Counted from the stretch's first letter, positions 17,404 through 26,666 are shown. The stretch is DNA of 32,000 nucleotides from an uncultured bacterium (GCA_964551815.1 CAZKEL010000015.1:12097-44096); one strand, 5' to 3'. Numbers and translations: made by a program. The notes: generated by a model from the sequence alone, not told the origin.

Positions 17404-18729
17404 ATGACCAATAAAACAGGTCGGTATTTCTTACTAATTGCTATTTTCACCCTGCTTTGGAACCAGCAGACCAACTACCTTGCACAGAAAATAGCCATTG
17501 AAAATTCATATAGGGATAAGGTGAATTCTGCTGTTTCCCGTATTTTGGGACAAGAAAAATTCCTCGTAATCGTGAATGTGGAATTCTCAACCATGGGAGG
17601 TACACTGAAAAAAGGAAGTGCTTCCTCCGAGGGGAAGGGAAATACCTATACACCTGTCCCCGGTCTGCCCACCCTGCCGTCTTCTTCAGGAAAATCTTCC
17701 ACATCATCAACAGGCAGTAAAACTCTCTCAGCCAATGATTATAGTATTGGCAGGGTAGAGGTTACCGTCGGTATTGATGAAACTATCGTTACCGGCTCCG
17801 TCAAACAGGAAATAAAACAAGTCGTTGCCAGAGTCATTCCTGAAACAGCGGACTGTGAGGACTGTATCAAAATTGAAGCCATGGAGTTTCAAAAGAGTAA
17901 AAAAGATCAGAAAATTGATGAATTAGTACAAAAAATTGAAAATCTTGAAACGGCAAAAAGACGGGCAGATATTGCTGCTGATTCTATCCGCTTAAATGAA
18001 TTAGAAAGACAATTAACCGAAGCAAATTCTATTAAACAGACTTGGGAGGCTATGGCAAAAGCCCGGGAATTGCAGCAAATGAAGCAGGACTCAATCCGCT
18101 TTGAGAATCTGGTGAAATCAGAGCGAGACCGAAAAATACAGGACTCCATCAAATTCGTAAATACAGAAGCACGGTTGGAGCGGGTTATCGAAAGTAAAAT
18201 AAAATCGGACTCAACCATTATCAGCGAAACCATGGGCATTTTGAAACAGACAACGGGTACAGGGGAAGAGAAAGAAGAGTCCATTTTAGGGATGGATATT
18301 GGGGGAGGCAGTTCTGACATAATGAGCTCTGTGATTTTTATTCTCTTAATAGTCGCCCTCATGATTGTTACCTTTTTAGCGGCAAATAATAAAAAACCTA
18401 AAACAGTTTATTTAAAACCTAAAGGGAAAGACAAAGAGCCAAAGAAGAAAGAAAAGAAAGAATCAAAGGGGAAAGACAAAAAAACCAAGAACGGCTCAGA
18501 TGAACCACCAGTCAATGAAACTCCTGCACCAGAGCCAACATCTGAACCGACACCTCCACCCCCAAGACCTGATGAAGATGCACTGCGTTCTGAAATAAAA
18601 TCACTGCGGCAAACGGCTGTATCTCTTACCGTAGGTGAAAAAGAGGGTGCATCCGCTCTTATTAAAGAGTGGTTGTCAGATAATCCAAATAAAGCAGACG
18701 AGGGTGGTGAAGAAGGTGGAGAGGAATAA
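17404..18729 (+). CDS. Truncated FliF-like (M-ring-like) two-TM protein with a long periplasmic coiled coil and a FliG-docking-like C-terminus
   Basis: TM1 is at aa 8-20. An RBM3-like pattern follows: YRDKVNSAVSRILGQEKFLVIVNVEF, then a Ser/Gly/Pro-rich insert, then IGRVEVTVGIDE...VKQEIKQVVARVIPE...CIKIEAMEF. Compare the FliF pattern VxVxAxLDF / RLSVAVVVN / GDxxxVxxxxF. A coiled coil spans aa ~165-265 and TM2 spans aa ~306-326. Then come a Lys-rich and a Pro-rich linker, then ASALIKEWLSDN, which resembles the Salmonella FliF C-terminus VVALVIRQWMSND (from memory). AGGAG lies 8 nt upstream. Confidence 0.55.
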   Translation: MTNKTGRYFLLIAIFTLLWNQQTNYLAQKIAIENSYRDKVNSAVSRILGQEKFLVIVNVEFSTMGGTLKKGSASSEGKGNTYTPVPGLPTLPSSSGKSSTSSTGSKTLSANDYSIGRVEVTVGIDETIVTGSVKQEIKQVVARVIPETADCEDCIKIEAMEFQKSKKDQKIDELVQKIENLETAKRRADIAADSIRLNELERQLTEANSIKQTWEAMAKARELQQMKQDSIRFENLVKSERDRKIQDSIKFVNTEARLERVIESKIKSDSTIISETMGILKQTTGTGEEKEESILGMDIGGGSSDIMSSVIFILLIVALMIVTFLAANNKKPKTVYLKPKGKDKEPKKKEKKESKGKDKKTKNGSDEPPVNETPAPEPTSEPTPPPPRPDEDALRSEIKSLRQTAVSLTVGEKEGASALIKEWLSDNPNKADEGGEEGGEE

Positions 18730-18735
18730 GCCATT

Positions 18736-19683
18736 ATGAAGACACTTGAAGACCTGACAGGTTACGATAAAGCAGCTATTATTTTTGACATTCTGGGAGA
18801 TTCTCTCGCTTTGAATATGTTTAAGGATATTCCTGAACCTGAGTTTTATGAGCTGCGAAACCATGCGAAAAACTTGCGGAATGATGTACCTACTTCTGTT
18901 AAAAAAGAAGTGTTGGAGGATTATTATTTCAAAATGCTTTCAGGGGAGAAGTATAAAGAAGAAACGACCATTGAGAATATGTTCGACTTTCTGGAATCTT
19001 TGGATGATGAACAGTTGTATGCCCTACTATCTCCGGAAAAACCCCGCGTCATAGCCCTTGCCCTTGAACAGTTAGACAACGAAAAGCGCATGACTTTTCT
19101 CTCAAAGGTGAATACAGAAAAGCAGAATAAAATAGTTATTGCAACAGGGGAGTTGAGTGATATTCCGCTGGAAGCTATTATTTTCACTGCCAAGGAGTTA
19201 AAGAAGAAAACGGCCTTTCTGCCTAAACCGGTTCAGTTTTCAAGAGGCGGCGGCAGGTCTGTTTCCGATATGCTGGGGAAAATGCCGGAAGATGAAGCAA
19301 TGCAGTATTTAGATCAAATGAAGATTAACAATCCCGATTTACTTGCTGAAGTGAAAAAATACTTCCTGCTCTTTGATGACATCATGAACATGCCGGAAGA
19401 TCTGGCAGCCACTTTTTGGGGCGACCCGGATATTGACCTTGAAATCATGGCAAAATCTTTAAAGGAACTTGAAACCGAAACAGTAGAAAAAATTCAAGGG
19501 TATCTGCCAGGGAAAAAGCAAGCCATGTTCACCCCTCATGAAGGAGCGCTTTCAAAGCGGGAAATTGATGAAGCCAAAGGGGCTATAAAAAATATCCTGC
19601 AAGGCAAGATAGATTCAGGAGATATAAATATTGAAGATGTTTTGGCTGCCCCTGAAATTGAAGAAGAAGGAGCCGAAGAATAA
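18736..19683 (+). CDS. FliG-like rotor/switch protein homologue
   Basis: Collinear with FliG over its full length. N-terminal LTGYDKAAIIFDILGDSLALNMFKDI matches LTGxxKAAILLxxLG. Middle PEKPRVIALALEQLDNEKRMTFLSKV matches EHPQTIALILSYL. FLLFDDIMNM matches MFVFEDL. C-terminal LSKREIDEAKGAIKNILQGKIDSGDINI matches VRLxDVEEAQQKIxxxxRxLEEEGEIxI. Its length (315 aa) is typical of FliG. Confidence 0.8.
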   Translation: MKTLEDLTGYDKAAIIFDILGDSLALNMFKDIPEPEFYELRNHAKNLRNDVPTSVKKEVLEDYYFKMLSGEKYKEETTIENMFDFLESLDDEQLYALLSPEKPRVIALALEQLDNEKRMTFLSKVNTEKQNKIVIATGELSDIPLEAIIFTAKELKKKTAFLPKPVQFSRGGGRSVSDMLGKMPEDEAMQYLDQMKINNPDLLAEVKKYFLLFDDIMNMPEDLAATFWGDPDIDLEIMAKSLKELETETVEKIQGYLPGKKQAMFTPHEGALSKREIDEAKGAIKNILQGKIDSGDINIEDVLAAPEIEEEGAEE

Positions 19684-19686
19684 TAG

Positions 19687-22536
19687 TTAACTTGTGAGGA
19701 TTTCCGCCAGAAAGTCCCCGGTGTAGGAACCCTCAGTCCCCTTCACCATTTCCGGTGTCCCTTCTGCTACGATGCGTCCACCACCATCACCTCCTTCAGG
19801 GCCTAAATCAATAATCCAATCGGAAGACTTAACTACATCCAGGTTATGTTCAATAACCACCACTGTATTTCCTTTTTCAACTAACCCGTGTAATACTTTC
19901 AGCAGCATATTTACATCTTCAAAGTGGAGACCCGTAGTCGGTTCGTCCAGAAGATAGAGGGTTCTTCCTGTGCCTGCACGCGAAAGTTCAGCAGCCAGTT
20001 TTACCCGTTGTGATTCCCCTCCGGAAAGAGTGGTAGCCTGCTGACCTAAATGAATATATCCCAATCCTACATTATTCAGCGTCTCAAGCTTGCGGTGTAT
20101 TTGCGCATGATGTTTGAAAAACTCCAACGCATCTTCGATAGTCAATTCCAGAATTTCAGAAATATTTTTACCGCGGTATATAATTTCCAGGGTCTCCCGG
20201 TTGTAACGCAGTCCTTTACATTCTTCACATTGCACATACATGTCTGCCAGAAAATGCATCTCAATTTTGATAAGTCCTGCACCACGGCAGGTTTCACAGC
20301 GACCCCCTTTAACATTGAACGAAAATCTTCCCGGTTTATAGCCCCTGATTTTTGATTCGGGAATCTGACAGAACAGGTCCCGGATGTGAGTGAAAAGTCC
20401 TGTATAGGTAGCAGGATTAGAACGGGGAGTTCTCCCAATTGGAGACTGGTTAATATCAATGACTTTGTCTAAATGGCGAATGCCTTTGAAAGATTCAAAA
20501 TGCAAAGGTTTCTGAAGACTTGAGTATAGTTCTCGTGAAATAAGCGGATAGAGTGTCTGATTAATTAAACTGGATTTACCAGACCCGGATACCCCGGTAA
20601 TGCTGACAAATTTTCCCAATGGAATTTTAACCGTTATATTTTTCAGATTGTTACCACAAGCGCCAATGAGGGTTAGAAATTTTCCGTTTCCTTTTCGACG
20701 ATTGCCATTAAAGGAAATCACAGATTGTCCGTTTAAATATTTTCCTGTGAGGGATTGCTTGTTTTTAACAATGTCAGCAGGGGTACCACTGGCAATGATT
20801 TTACCACCATGGCTTCCTGCACGGGGACCTAAGTCCAGAACCCAATCTGCAGCACGAATGGTATTTTCATCATGCTCAACTACGATTACTGTATTTCCCA
20901 AATTTCTCAAATGCTGCAGGGTATGAATCAACCGTTGATTATCCCGTTGATGCAGCCCGATTGTAGGCTCATCTAAAATGTATAAAACCCCTACCAATTG
21001 AGAACCAATCTGCGTTGCCAGCCGAATACGCTGAGATTCACCACCAGATAAGGTGCCGGCAGAGCGCTGAAGAGTGAGGTAGTCCAAACCCACATTCACC
21101 AAAAAGCCCAGGCGGGAGTTAATTTCCTTCACTATCTGCTCTGATATTTCTTCATCCCTGCTGGATAGTTTCAATTTCTGAAAAAAAGAATGCAGGCTGC
21201 CAACTGTATCCTGCGTGAGTTCAAAGATGTTTTTCTCATTAATAGTAACCGCTATGCTTTCCGGCTTCAACCTGGCACCCTTACAGTCTGGACAAGCCTG
21301 AATAGCCATATATTTTTCGATCCAATCCCGCATCTGCCCGGACTGTGTCTGTGTATATCTGCGCTGTAAATTTGGGATGACCCCTTCAAACTTTCCTTTA
21401 TATTCTCCCTTAAATTTTTCAGACTGATAGCGCATAGTAATTTTTTCTTCCGGGTTGGTACCATAGAGGAGCACTCTCTGTATCTCTTCTGAAAAATCCT
21501 TCCAGGGGGTGGTGAAATTAAAATCATAGTGGAAAGCCAGGCTTTTTAATATAGCCGAATACCAATTTCCCCGTGGCTGCTCTCCAATGGGATCAATGCA
21601 GCCCTGAATCAGAGATTTTTCCGGATCAGGGACTACCAGTTCAGGGTCAATGCTCACCTTTGTACCCAGACCATCGCAGGTATTACAGGCACCAAAGGGG
21701 GAATTAAATGAGAAAGCCCGGGGCTGTAAATCTTCAAAGGAAATATCACAGTCCGGACAGGAAAAAAACTCACTATAGAGATGCTCCATTTTCCCCATTT
21801 CATCAATGATGACTAAGCCATTACCCACTTTCAGGGCTAATTCAACAGAGGCAGTAAGGCGGTCTTTAAAGCCCGGTTTTGTAATCAGTCTGTCCACAAT
21901 GACTTCAATGTTATGCTTGATAGTTTTTGACAAACTGACTTTATCGGAAATATTCATTTCCTTTCCGTCAATACGCACCCGAACAAAACCTTCCTGACCA
22001 ATTGACCGAAGGACTTCTTTAAACTGTCCCTTTCGGCTGCGAACCACCGGTGCTAACACCTGAAATTTGGTACCATCCTCAAAGGACATGATTTGATCTA
22101 CGATCTGTTGAACGGATTGACGCTGTACAGGTCCGCCACAATTATAACAATGCTGGGTGCCAATCCGGGCGAAGAGGAGCCGGAGATAGTCATAAATTTC
22201 GGTAATGGTTCCCACTGTTGAGCGTGGGTTACGGCTGGAAGTTTTCTGCTCAATGGAAATGGCCGGGGAGAGCCCTTCAATATAATCCACATCCGGTTTT
22301 TCCATGAGTCCTAAAAACTGTCTGGCATAGGCAGAGAGGGACTCTACATAGCGACGCTGTCCTTCCGCATAAATGGTGTCAAATGCCAGGGATGACTTCC
22401 CTGATCCGGACAGACCGGTGATGACCACCAATTTATCCCGGGGGATTTCCACGTCTATATTCTGGAGATTATGTTCCCGTGCACCTTTGACAATGATACG
22501 ATTTTCGAATTGATATTTGCCGTTTTTCCCCTTCAT
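19687..22536 (-). CDS. uvrA: Excinuclease ABC subunit A
   Basis: 949 aa with two ABC ATPase modules ([16 protein letters not shown] and [10 protein letters not shown]), LSGGESQR signatures and zinc-finger Cys clusters (CPDCDISF...[16 protein letters not shown]...CEECKG). Confidence 0.97.
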   Translation of the reverse strand: MKGKNGKYQFENRIIVKGAREHNLQNIDVEIPRDKLVVITGLSGSGKSSLAFDTIYAEGQRRYVESLSAYARQFLGLMEKPDVDYIEGLSPAISIEQKTSSRNPRSTVGTITEIYDYLRLLFARIGTQHCYNCGGPVQRQSVQQIVDQIMSFEDGTKFQVLAPVVRSRKGQFKEVLRSIGQEGFVRVRIDGKEMNISDKVSLSKTIKHNIEVIVDRLITKPGFKDRLTASVELALKVGNGLVIIDEMGKMEHLYSEFFSCPDCDISFEDLQPRAFSFNSPFGACNTCDGLGTKVSIDPELVVPDPEKSLIQGCIDPIGEQPRGNWYSAILKSLAFHYDFNFTTPWKDFSEEIQRVLLYGTNPEEKITMRYQSEKFKGEYKGKFEGVIPNLQRRYTQTQSGQMRDWIEKYMAIQACPDCKGARLKPESIAVTINEKNIFELTQDTVGSLHSFFQKLKLSSRDEEISEQIVKEINSRLGFLVNVGLDYLTLQRSAGTLSGGESQRIRLATQIGSQLVGVLYILDEPTIGLHQRDNQRLIHTLQHLRNLGNTVIVVEHDENTIRAADWVLDLGPRAGSHGGKIIASGTPADIVKNKQSLTGKYLNGQSVISFNGNRRKGNGKFLTLIGACGNNLKNITVKIPLGKFVSITGVSGSGKSSLINQTLYPLISRELYSSLQKPLHFESFKGIRHLDKVIDINQSPIGRTPRSNPATYTGLFTHIRDLFCQIPESKIRGYKPGRFSFNVKGGRCETCRGAGLIKIEMHFLADMYVQCEECKGLRYNRETLEIIYRGKNISEILELTIEDALEFFKHHAQIHRKLETLNNVGLGYIHLGQQATTLSGGESQRVKLAAELSRAGTGRTLYLLDEPTTGLHFEDVNMLLKVLHGLVEKGNTVVVIEHNLDVVKSSDWIIDLGPEGGDGGGRIVAEGTPEMVKGTEGSYTGDFLAEILTS

Positions 22537-22749
22537 GCGCAGCCTTTAAGCTACGGGAATTCAAAATGGGAGAAAAAGGATTATTTGCAGGATAATATTT
22601 AACCATCCTGCCTAACGGAGGGCAGACTGATTAACACTGATTTGTCACAGATTAGTTATAATTTATAAGCCAGGATTCTAAAATTTCCAATTACAACATA
22701 AATTCTATTCATTTCCCCGCTCCCCTAAAACACCCTAACTTTTCCGCCT

Positions 22750-24333
22750 ATGAAAATGATAAAAATACTACCCTATCTCATTTTTGGTTTGGTTCTCCTT
22801 TGGGCGGTGAAATCGGATACTGCCAGAGATCAATTCCAGAAAATGAAAACCCTGTCACAAATTATCCGACTGGTGAGCGATAACTATGTGGAAGAAGTGG
22901 ACATGAACGACATCCTTGAAGGTGCTATCATCGGTATGTTAGACAAACTTGATCCTCATTCCAGTTATATTTCTGAAGAACAGTTTGAATTGGTGAACGA
23001 ACAATTTGGCGGCGAATTTGAAGGAATCGGAATTGAATTCAATTTATTAGAAGGTTATATCACCGTTATTTCTCCAATACCAGGCACACCTTCAGACAGA
23101 GCGGGACTGCAGTCCGGTGATAAAATTGTTCGTATCAATGAGGAGTCTGCTTATAAGATTACGCAGAAAGAAGTGTTAGAAAAACTGCGCGGTCCAAAGG
23201 GTACCAAGGTGGATGTGACTATTTCCCGCCCCGGATTGGAAGAAGATTTTGAAGTCACATTGGTACGGGATAAGATTCCCATCGTCTCTGTCATGGCAGC
23301 CTTTATGGTGGATGACCATACCGGCTATATAAAGGTAAACCGCTTTGCCAAAACCACCACCTCTGAATTGAAAGATGCCCTCAACACACTGGAAGATGAA
23401 GGCATGCAGCAGCTTCTGTTGGACTTTCGTAACAATGGCGGTGGTATGATGGATCAGGCAGTGGAAATTGTGGATATGTTCATTTCTTCCCGGGATACTA
23501 TACTTTTTACAAAGGGTAAAATCCCCGGCTCATCGGAAGTCTTCCGTGCCAGTAAGAACCGCAAGGACAAGAAATATCCCGTTATCACTCTCATTAACAG
23601 GGGATCTGCCAGTGCCAGCGAAATTGTTTCAGGTGCTTTTCAAGATTTAGACAGGGGCTTAGTAGTCGGAGAAACCAGCTTCGGAAAGGGCTTGGTACAA
23701 AGGCAATATCCATTGAGAGACGGTTCTGCTGCCCGCATCACCATTGCCCGCTATTATACTCCTACCGGCAGATTGATTCAACGACCCTATGATGATGTGG
23801 CAGATTATTATACCGATTTGGGTAGAGATAATCGGGAAGCTACAGACTCTACCCTCGCCGATAAACCAAAGTTTACTACTAAAAAAGGGCGAACTGTCTA
23901 TGGCGGAGGCGGGATAACACCAGATATTTTTTCAGAACTGGATTTAGACCTCTCTGAAAGTGCGCGGGAAGTTCTTTCTCACCCGGACAGGCTTACCTTT
24001 AAATATGCAGGCGAATTAAAGGAAGACATTCAGAAAAAGTATAGAAAATTTAATTCCTTCACCCGCCAGTATGAGTTGAAGGAAAAAGGGAAAAAGGAGT
24101 TTTATAATTGGCTGGAAGGTCAGGAAATAGAATTTTCCAGAGAAGAGTTAGATGAAAATTGGCCATATATTGAAAACCGTATTTTAGCTGAAGTATCCTC
24201 CCGCATCTGGGGGAAGGAATACCTGTTCAGAAAATTACTTGATGAGGATAGTCAGGCACAGGAGGCCCTGCTTCATTTTAACGAAGCACGCCAACTTCTC
24301 ACTGATTTCAGCCAATTACCTGTTGGAGAGTGA
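22750..24333 (+). CDS. ctp: Carboxy-terminal processing peptidase (S41 family) with a PDZ domain
   Basis: A signal/anchor N-terminus is present. The PDZ block is GIGIEF...VISPIPGTPSDRAGLQSGDKIVRIN. The S41 catalytic blocks are LLLDFRNNGGG, INRGSASASEI and TSFGKGLVQ. Confidence 0.9.
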   Translation: MKMIKILPYLIFGLVLLWAVKSDTARDQFQKMKTLSQIIRLVSDNYVEEVDMNDILEGAIIGMLDKLDPHSSYISEEQFELVNEQFGGEFEGIGIEFNLLEGYITVISPIPGTPSDRAGLQSGDKIVRINEESAYKITQKEVLEKLRGPKGTKVDVTISRPGLEEDFEVTLVRDKIPIVSVMAAFMVDDHTGYIKVNRFAKTTTSELKDALNTLEDEGMQQLLLDFRNNGGGMMDQAVEIVDMFISSRDTILFTKGKIPGSSEVFRASKNRKDKKYPVITLINRGSASASEIVSGAFQDLDRGLVVGETSFGKGLVQRQYPLRDGSAARITIARYYTPTGRLIQRPYDDVADYYTDLGRDNREATDSTLADKPKFTTKKGRTVYGGGGITPDIFSELDLDLSESAREVLSHPDRLTFKYAGELKEDIQKKYRKFNSFTRQYELKEKGKKEFYNWLEGQEIEFSREELDENWPYIENRILAEVSSRIWGKEYLFRKLLDEDSQAQEALLHFNEARQLLTDFSQLPVGE

Positions 24334-24459
24334 AGCTCCCTGAAAATATTGTCAAATTTACTTCAGCAAAATTTTCTTTATTGATTAGAATAACTGACCT
24401 AATTTTACAGGCTTAAAATCAAGCCAAAATATTAATTATTACTAAATAAGGACGAAAAA

Positions 24460-25068
24460 ATGGTTCAATTGTTTATTGATGGCGGCGGGTTTATGTGGCC
24501 CATCCTTTTTATTTTCATCATTGGTTTTGTGTTCGTTATTGAACGCCTATACCACCTCTTTAAAGGATTATCAAGTAATGAAGAATTTGCCTACGAAATA
24601 GCAGACACGGTAAAAAATTCCGGACTTGATTCTGCTGTTTCCAAATGCGAAGGTGCCCAAGGACCTGTAGCCAACCTCTGCCTGGCAGCCTTAGACCGCG
24701 GTAACTTAGGTGCAGATGAAGCGGAACATGCACTGGACCATTCAGGTTCAATAGAAATGGCCTCCATGGAAAAAAATATGACTTGGATTTCTCTCTGCAT
24801 CGCCACGGCTCCCATGTTGGGCTTTTTGGGAACGGTTTGGGGTATGATTCAGGCATTTAATGATATTAAAATGGCAAATGATATTTCTCCCGCCGTTGTG
24901 GCAGGAGGGATTTCAGTAGCACTGCTTACTACTGCCTTTGGTCTGGTAGTGGCTGTGGTTCTACAGGTTTTTCAGAATGCGGTTCTGTATATTATTGATA
25001 ATCAGATCGTCACCTTGCAGAAATCTACTACGGCTCTGCTTCATGCCATAAAAGATTCAGTAAAGTAA
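24460..25068 (+). CDS. exbB: MotA/TolQ/ExbB-family proton channel (ExbB-type)
   Basis: 202 aa and three TMs. The motif is IATAPMLGFLGTVWGMIQAF...GGISVALLTTAFGLVVA. It is followed by two ExbD genes and a TonB gene. Confidence 0.85.
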   Translation: MVQLFIDGGGFMWPILFIFIIGFVFVIERLYHLFKGLSSNEEFAYEIADTVKNSGLDSAVSKCEGAQGPVANLCLAALDRGNLGADEAEHALDHSGSIEMASMEKNMTWISLCIATAPMLGFLGTVWGMIQAFNDIKMANDISPAVVAGGISVALLTTAFGLVVAVVLQVFQNAVLYIIDNQIVTLQKSTTALLHAIKDSVK

Positions 25069-25086
25069 TTTGGCAGGTAGAAAACA

Positions 25087-25488
25087 ATGATTAAGAAAGA
25101 AAGACGACCGATGCAGGAAATCAATTCCTCCTCAATGGCGGATATTGCCTTTCTCCTGCTGGTCTTTTTTCTGGTAACCACCACCATTTCTATGGATAAG
25201 GGAATTAGTCTGGTGCTCCCATCTGAGGGAAATGAGTTGGAAGTAAACCGCAAAAACATTGTTAATATTCTAATGAATGAATCCGGAAAAGTCTTAATGG
25301 ATGATGCTCCAACTAAAGTAAACGCTATCAAAAACATCGTTGAGAAGAGACTTGCCGCAAACCCCAATTTAATATTTTCTGTGCAGACCCATCCCCTCAC
25401 AAAATATCAAGATTATCTCAGGGTACTGGATCAATTAAAAGAGGCAAAAGCAGGTAAAATATCCATTGCAAATCCGCCGGAATTTTAA
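25087..25488 (+). CDS. exbD: Biopolymer transport protein ExbD/TolR
   Basis: 133 aa. The N-terminal EINSSSMADIAFLLLVFFLVTT is a single TM carrying the conserved Asp, followed by a periplasmic alpha/beta domain. Confidence 0.85.
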   Translation: MIKKERRPMQEINSSSMADIAFLLLVFFLVTTTISMDKGISLVLPSEGNELEVNRKNIVNILMNESGKVLMDDAPTKVNAIKNIVEKRLAANPNLIFSVQTHPLTKYQDYLRVLDQLKEAKAGKISIANPPEF

Positions 25489-25491
25489 AAA

Positions 25492-25902
25492 TTGAAGATT
25501 GCCAGAAAAACTCATACCAGCCGCGAAATATCCACTGCCTCATTGCCGGATATTATTTTTATGCTGCTCATTTTTTTCATGGTGACCACGGTCATGCGGG
25601 AATATGAGGGACTGGATGTTGTCATGCCTCGTGCCAAAATGATTGAAAAGCTGGAAAGTAAACGGCATACTTCCTATATCTGGGCAACCAAAGACGGGCT
25701 GGTTTCCGTAGATGACCGTATAATTCATATCAATGATCTGTCGGGGTTAATGTACACAAAAATTGCCAAAGATCCGAAAATTACGGTGTCTTTGAAATCG
25801 GATGAAAAAGCTACCATGAAACTCATCACGGATATTCACACTCAGCTGAGAACCGCCAACGCTTTAAAACTCAGTTATTCAGCCCTAACAAAAACCAACT
25901 GA
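25492..25902 (+). CDS. exbD: Biopolymer transport protein ExbD/TolR (second paralogue)
   Basis: TTG start 3 nt after the previous stop. EISTASLPDIIFMLLIFFMVTT is a TM carrying an Asp. Confidence 0.8.
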   Translation: MKIARKTHTSREISTASLPDIIFMLLIFFMVTTVMREYEGLDVVMPRAKMIEKLESKRHTSYIWATKDGLVSVDDRIIHINDLSGLMYTKIAKDPKITVSLKSDEKATMKLITDIHTQLRTANALKLSYSALTKTN

Positions 25903-25904
25903 TT

Positions 25905-26531
25905 ATGCTGAGAATTGACCCCCTATTAGTTCATTACCCAGTTCGAATTCGCGAAGTCACCATCGGCGTCATCCTTTTTCTTACCTTGGTATTTTATATT
26001 TTCCCAAGATTTTTGGGGGAAGGGGAAAGAGTAGATTTTTCGATTGTAGAAGAGATTGAAACTTTTGATATTCCTCAGACTGAGCAGATAAAAATTCCAG
26101 AACCGCCTGCCCGGCCCTCTGTTCCCGTGGCATCTGAAGATGAATTTTTTGATGAAGACATAACCATTGAGGACACAGACTTCGATGATTTCGAAGATTG
26201 GGATACCCCGCCTCCAAAACCCTCTGAAGGTCCCGATGTGAAATTTATTCCTTATGATAAACCTCCCAAACCGAAAATTCCCATTCGTCCGGTATATCCG
26301 GAAATTGCACAGGAAGCAGGAATTGAAGGCACCGTTTACATCCAGTTTTTTATTGATGAAAAGGGAAATGTAACTGAAGCCTGGGTGCAGAAGGGAATCC
26401 CCAATACCGGTTTAAATGAAGCGGCCCTTGAAGCGGTCAAACGCTCACGATGGAAACCTGCTCAACAACGGGACAAGAAAGTGGGTGTATGGCAGACTGT
26501 TCCGGTGAAGTTTGAGCTGACTTCAAATTAG
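25905..26531 (+). CDS. tonB: TonB-family energy transducer
   Basis: An N-terminal TM anchor is followed by a Pro/Glu/Asp-rich spacer (PEPPARPSVP...PPPKPSEGP...KPPKPKIPIRP). The C-terminal TonB domain is YPEIAQEAGIEGTVYIQFFIDEKGNVTEAWVQKG...EAALEAVKRSRWKPA. Confidence 0.8.
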   Translation: MLRIDPLLVHYPVRIREVTIGVILFLTLVFYIFPRFLGEGERVDFSIVEEIETFDIPQTEQIKIPEPPARPSVPVASEDEFFDEDITIEDTDFDDFEDWDTPPPKPSEGPDVKFIPYDKPPKPKIPIRPVYPEIAQEAGIEGTVYIQFFIDEKGNVTEAWVQKGIPNTGLNEAALEAVKRSRWKPAQQRDKKVGVWQTVPVKFELTSN

Positions 26532-26612
26532 AATTTCGGGTACCGGGTAGTTGGTCCCTGGTCCTGATAAAAATTTCTCACACTCTACAGTTGTAACTCA
26601 ACCATTCTTGGT

Positions 26613-26666
26613 GGAGCACTCTTTTTAATAACAGAAAAATTGTGGTGCTCTTGCTTTTTATTTTTT
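26613..26666 (+). terminator. Candidate intrinsic terminator downstream of tonB
   Basis: GAGCAC (26614-26619) pairs with GTGCTC (26645-26650), with inner T5/A5 pairing. A T-rich run TTGCTTTTTATTTTTT follows. The loop is large, so the call is tentative. Confidence 0.35.

Noticed and set aside
22621-22655. A LexA/SOS box upstream of uvrA (CTGATTAACACTGATTTGTCACAGATTAG)
   Set aside because: CTG-N8-CAG has the wrong spacing for the E. coli-type CTGT-N8-ACAG box. There is no GAAC-N4-GTTC, and the segment is not a true palindrome. The LexA motif of this lineage is unknown to me.
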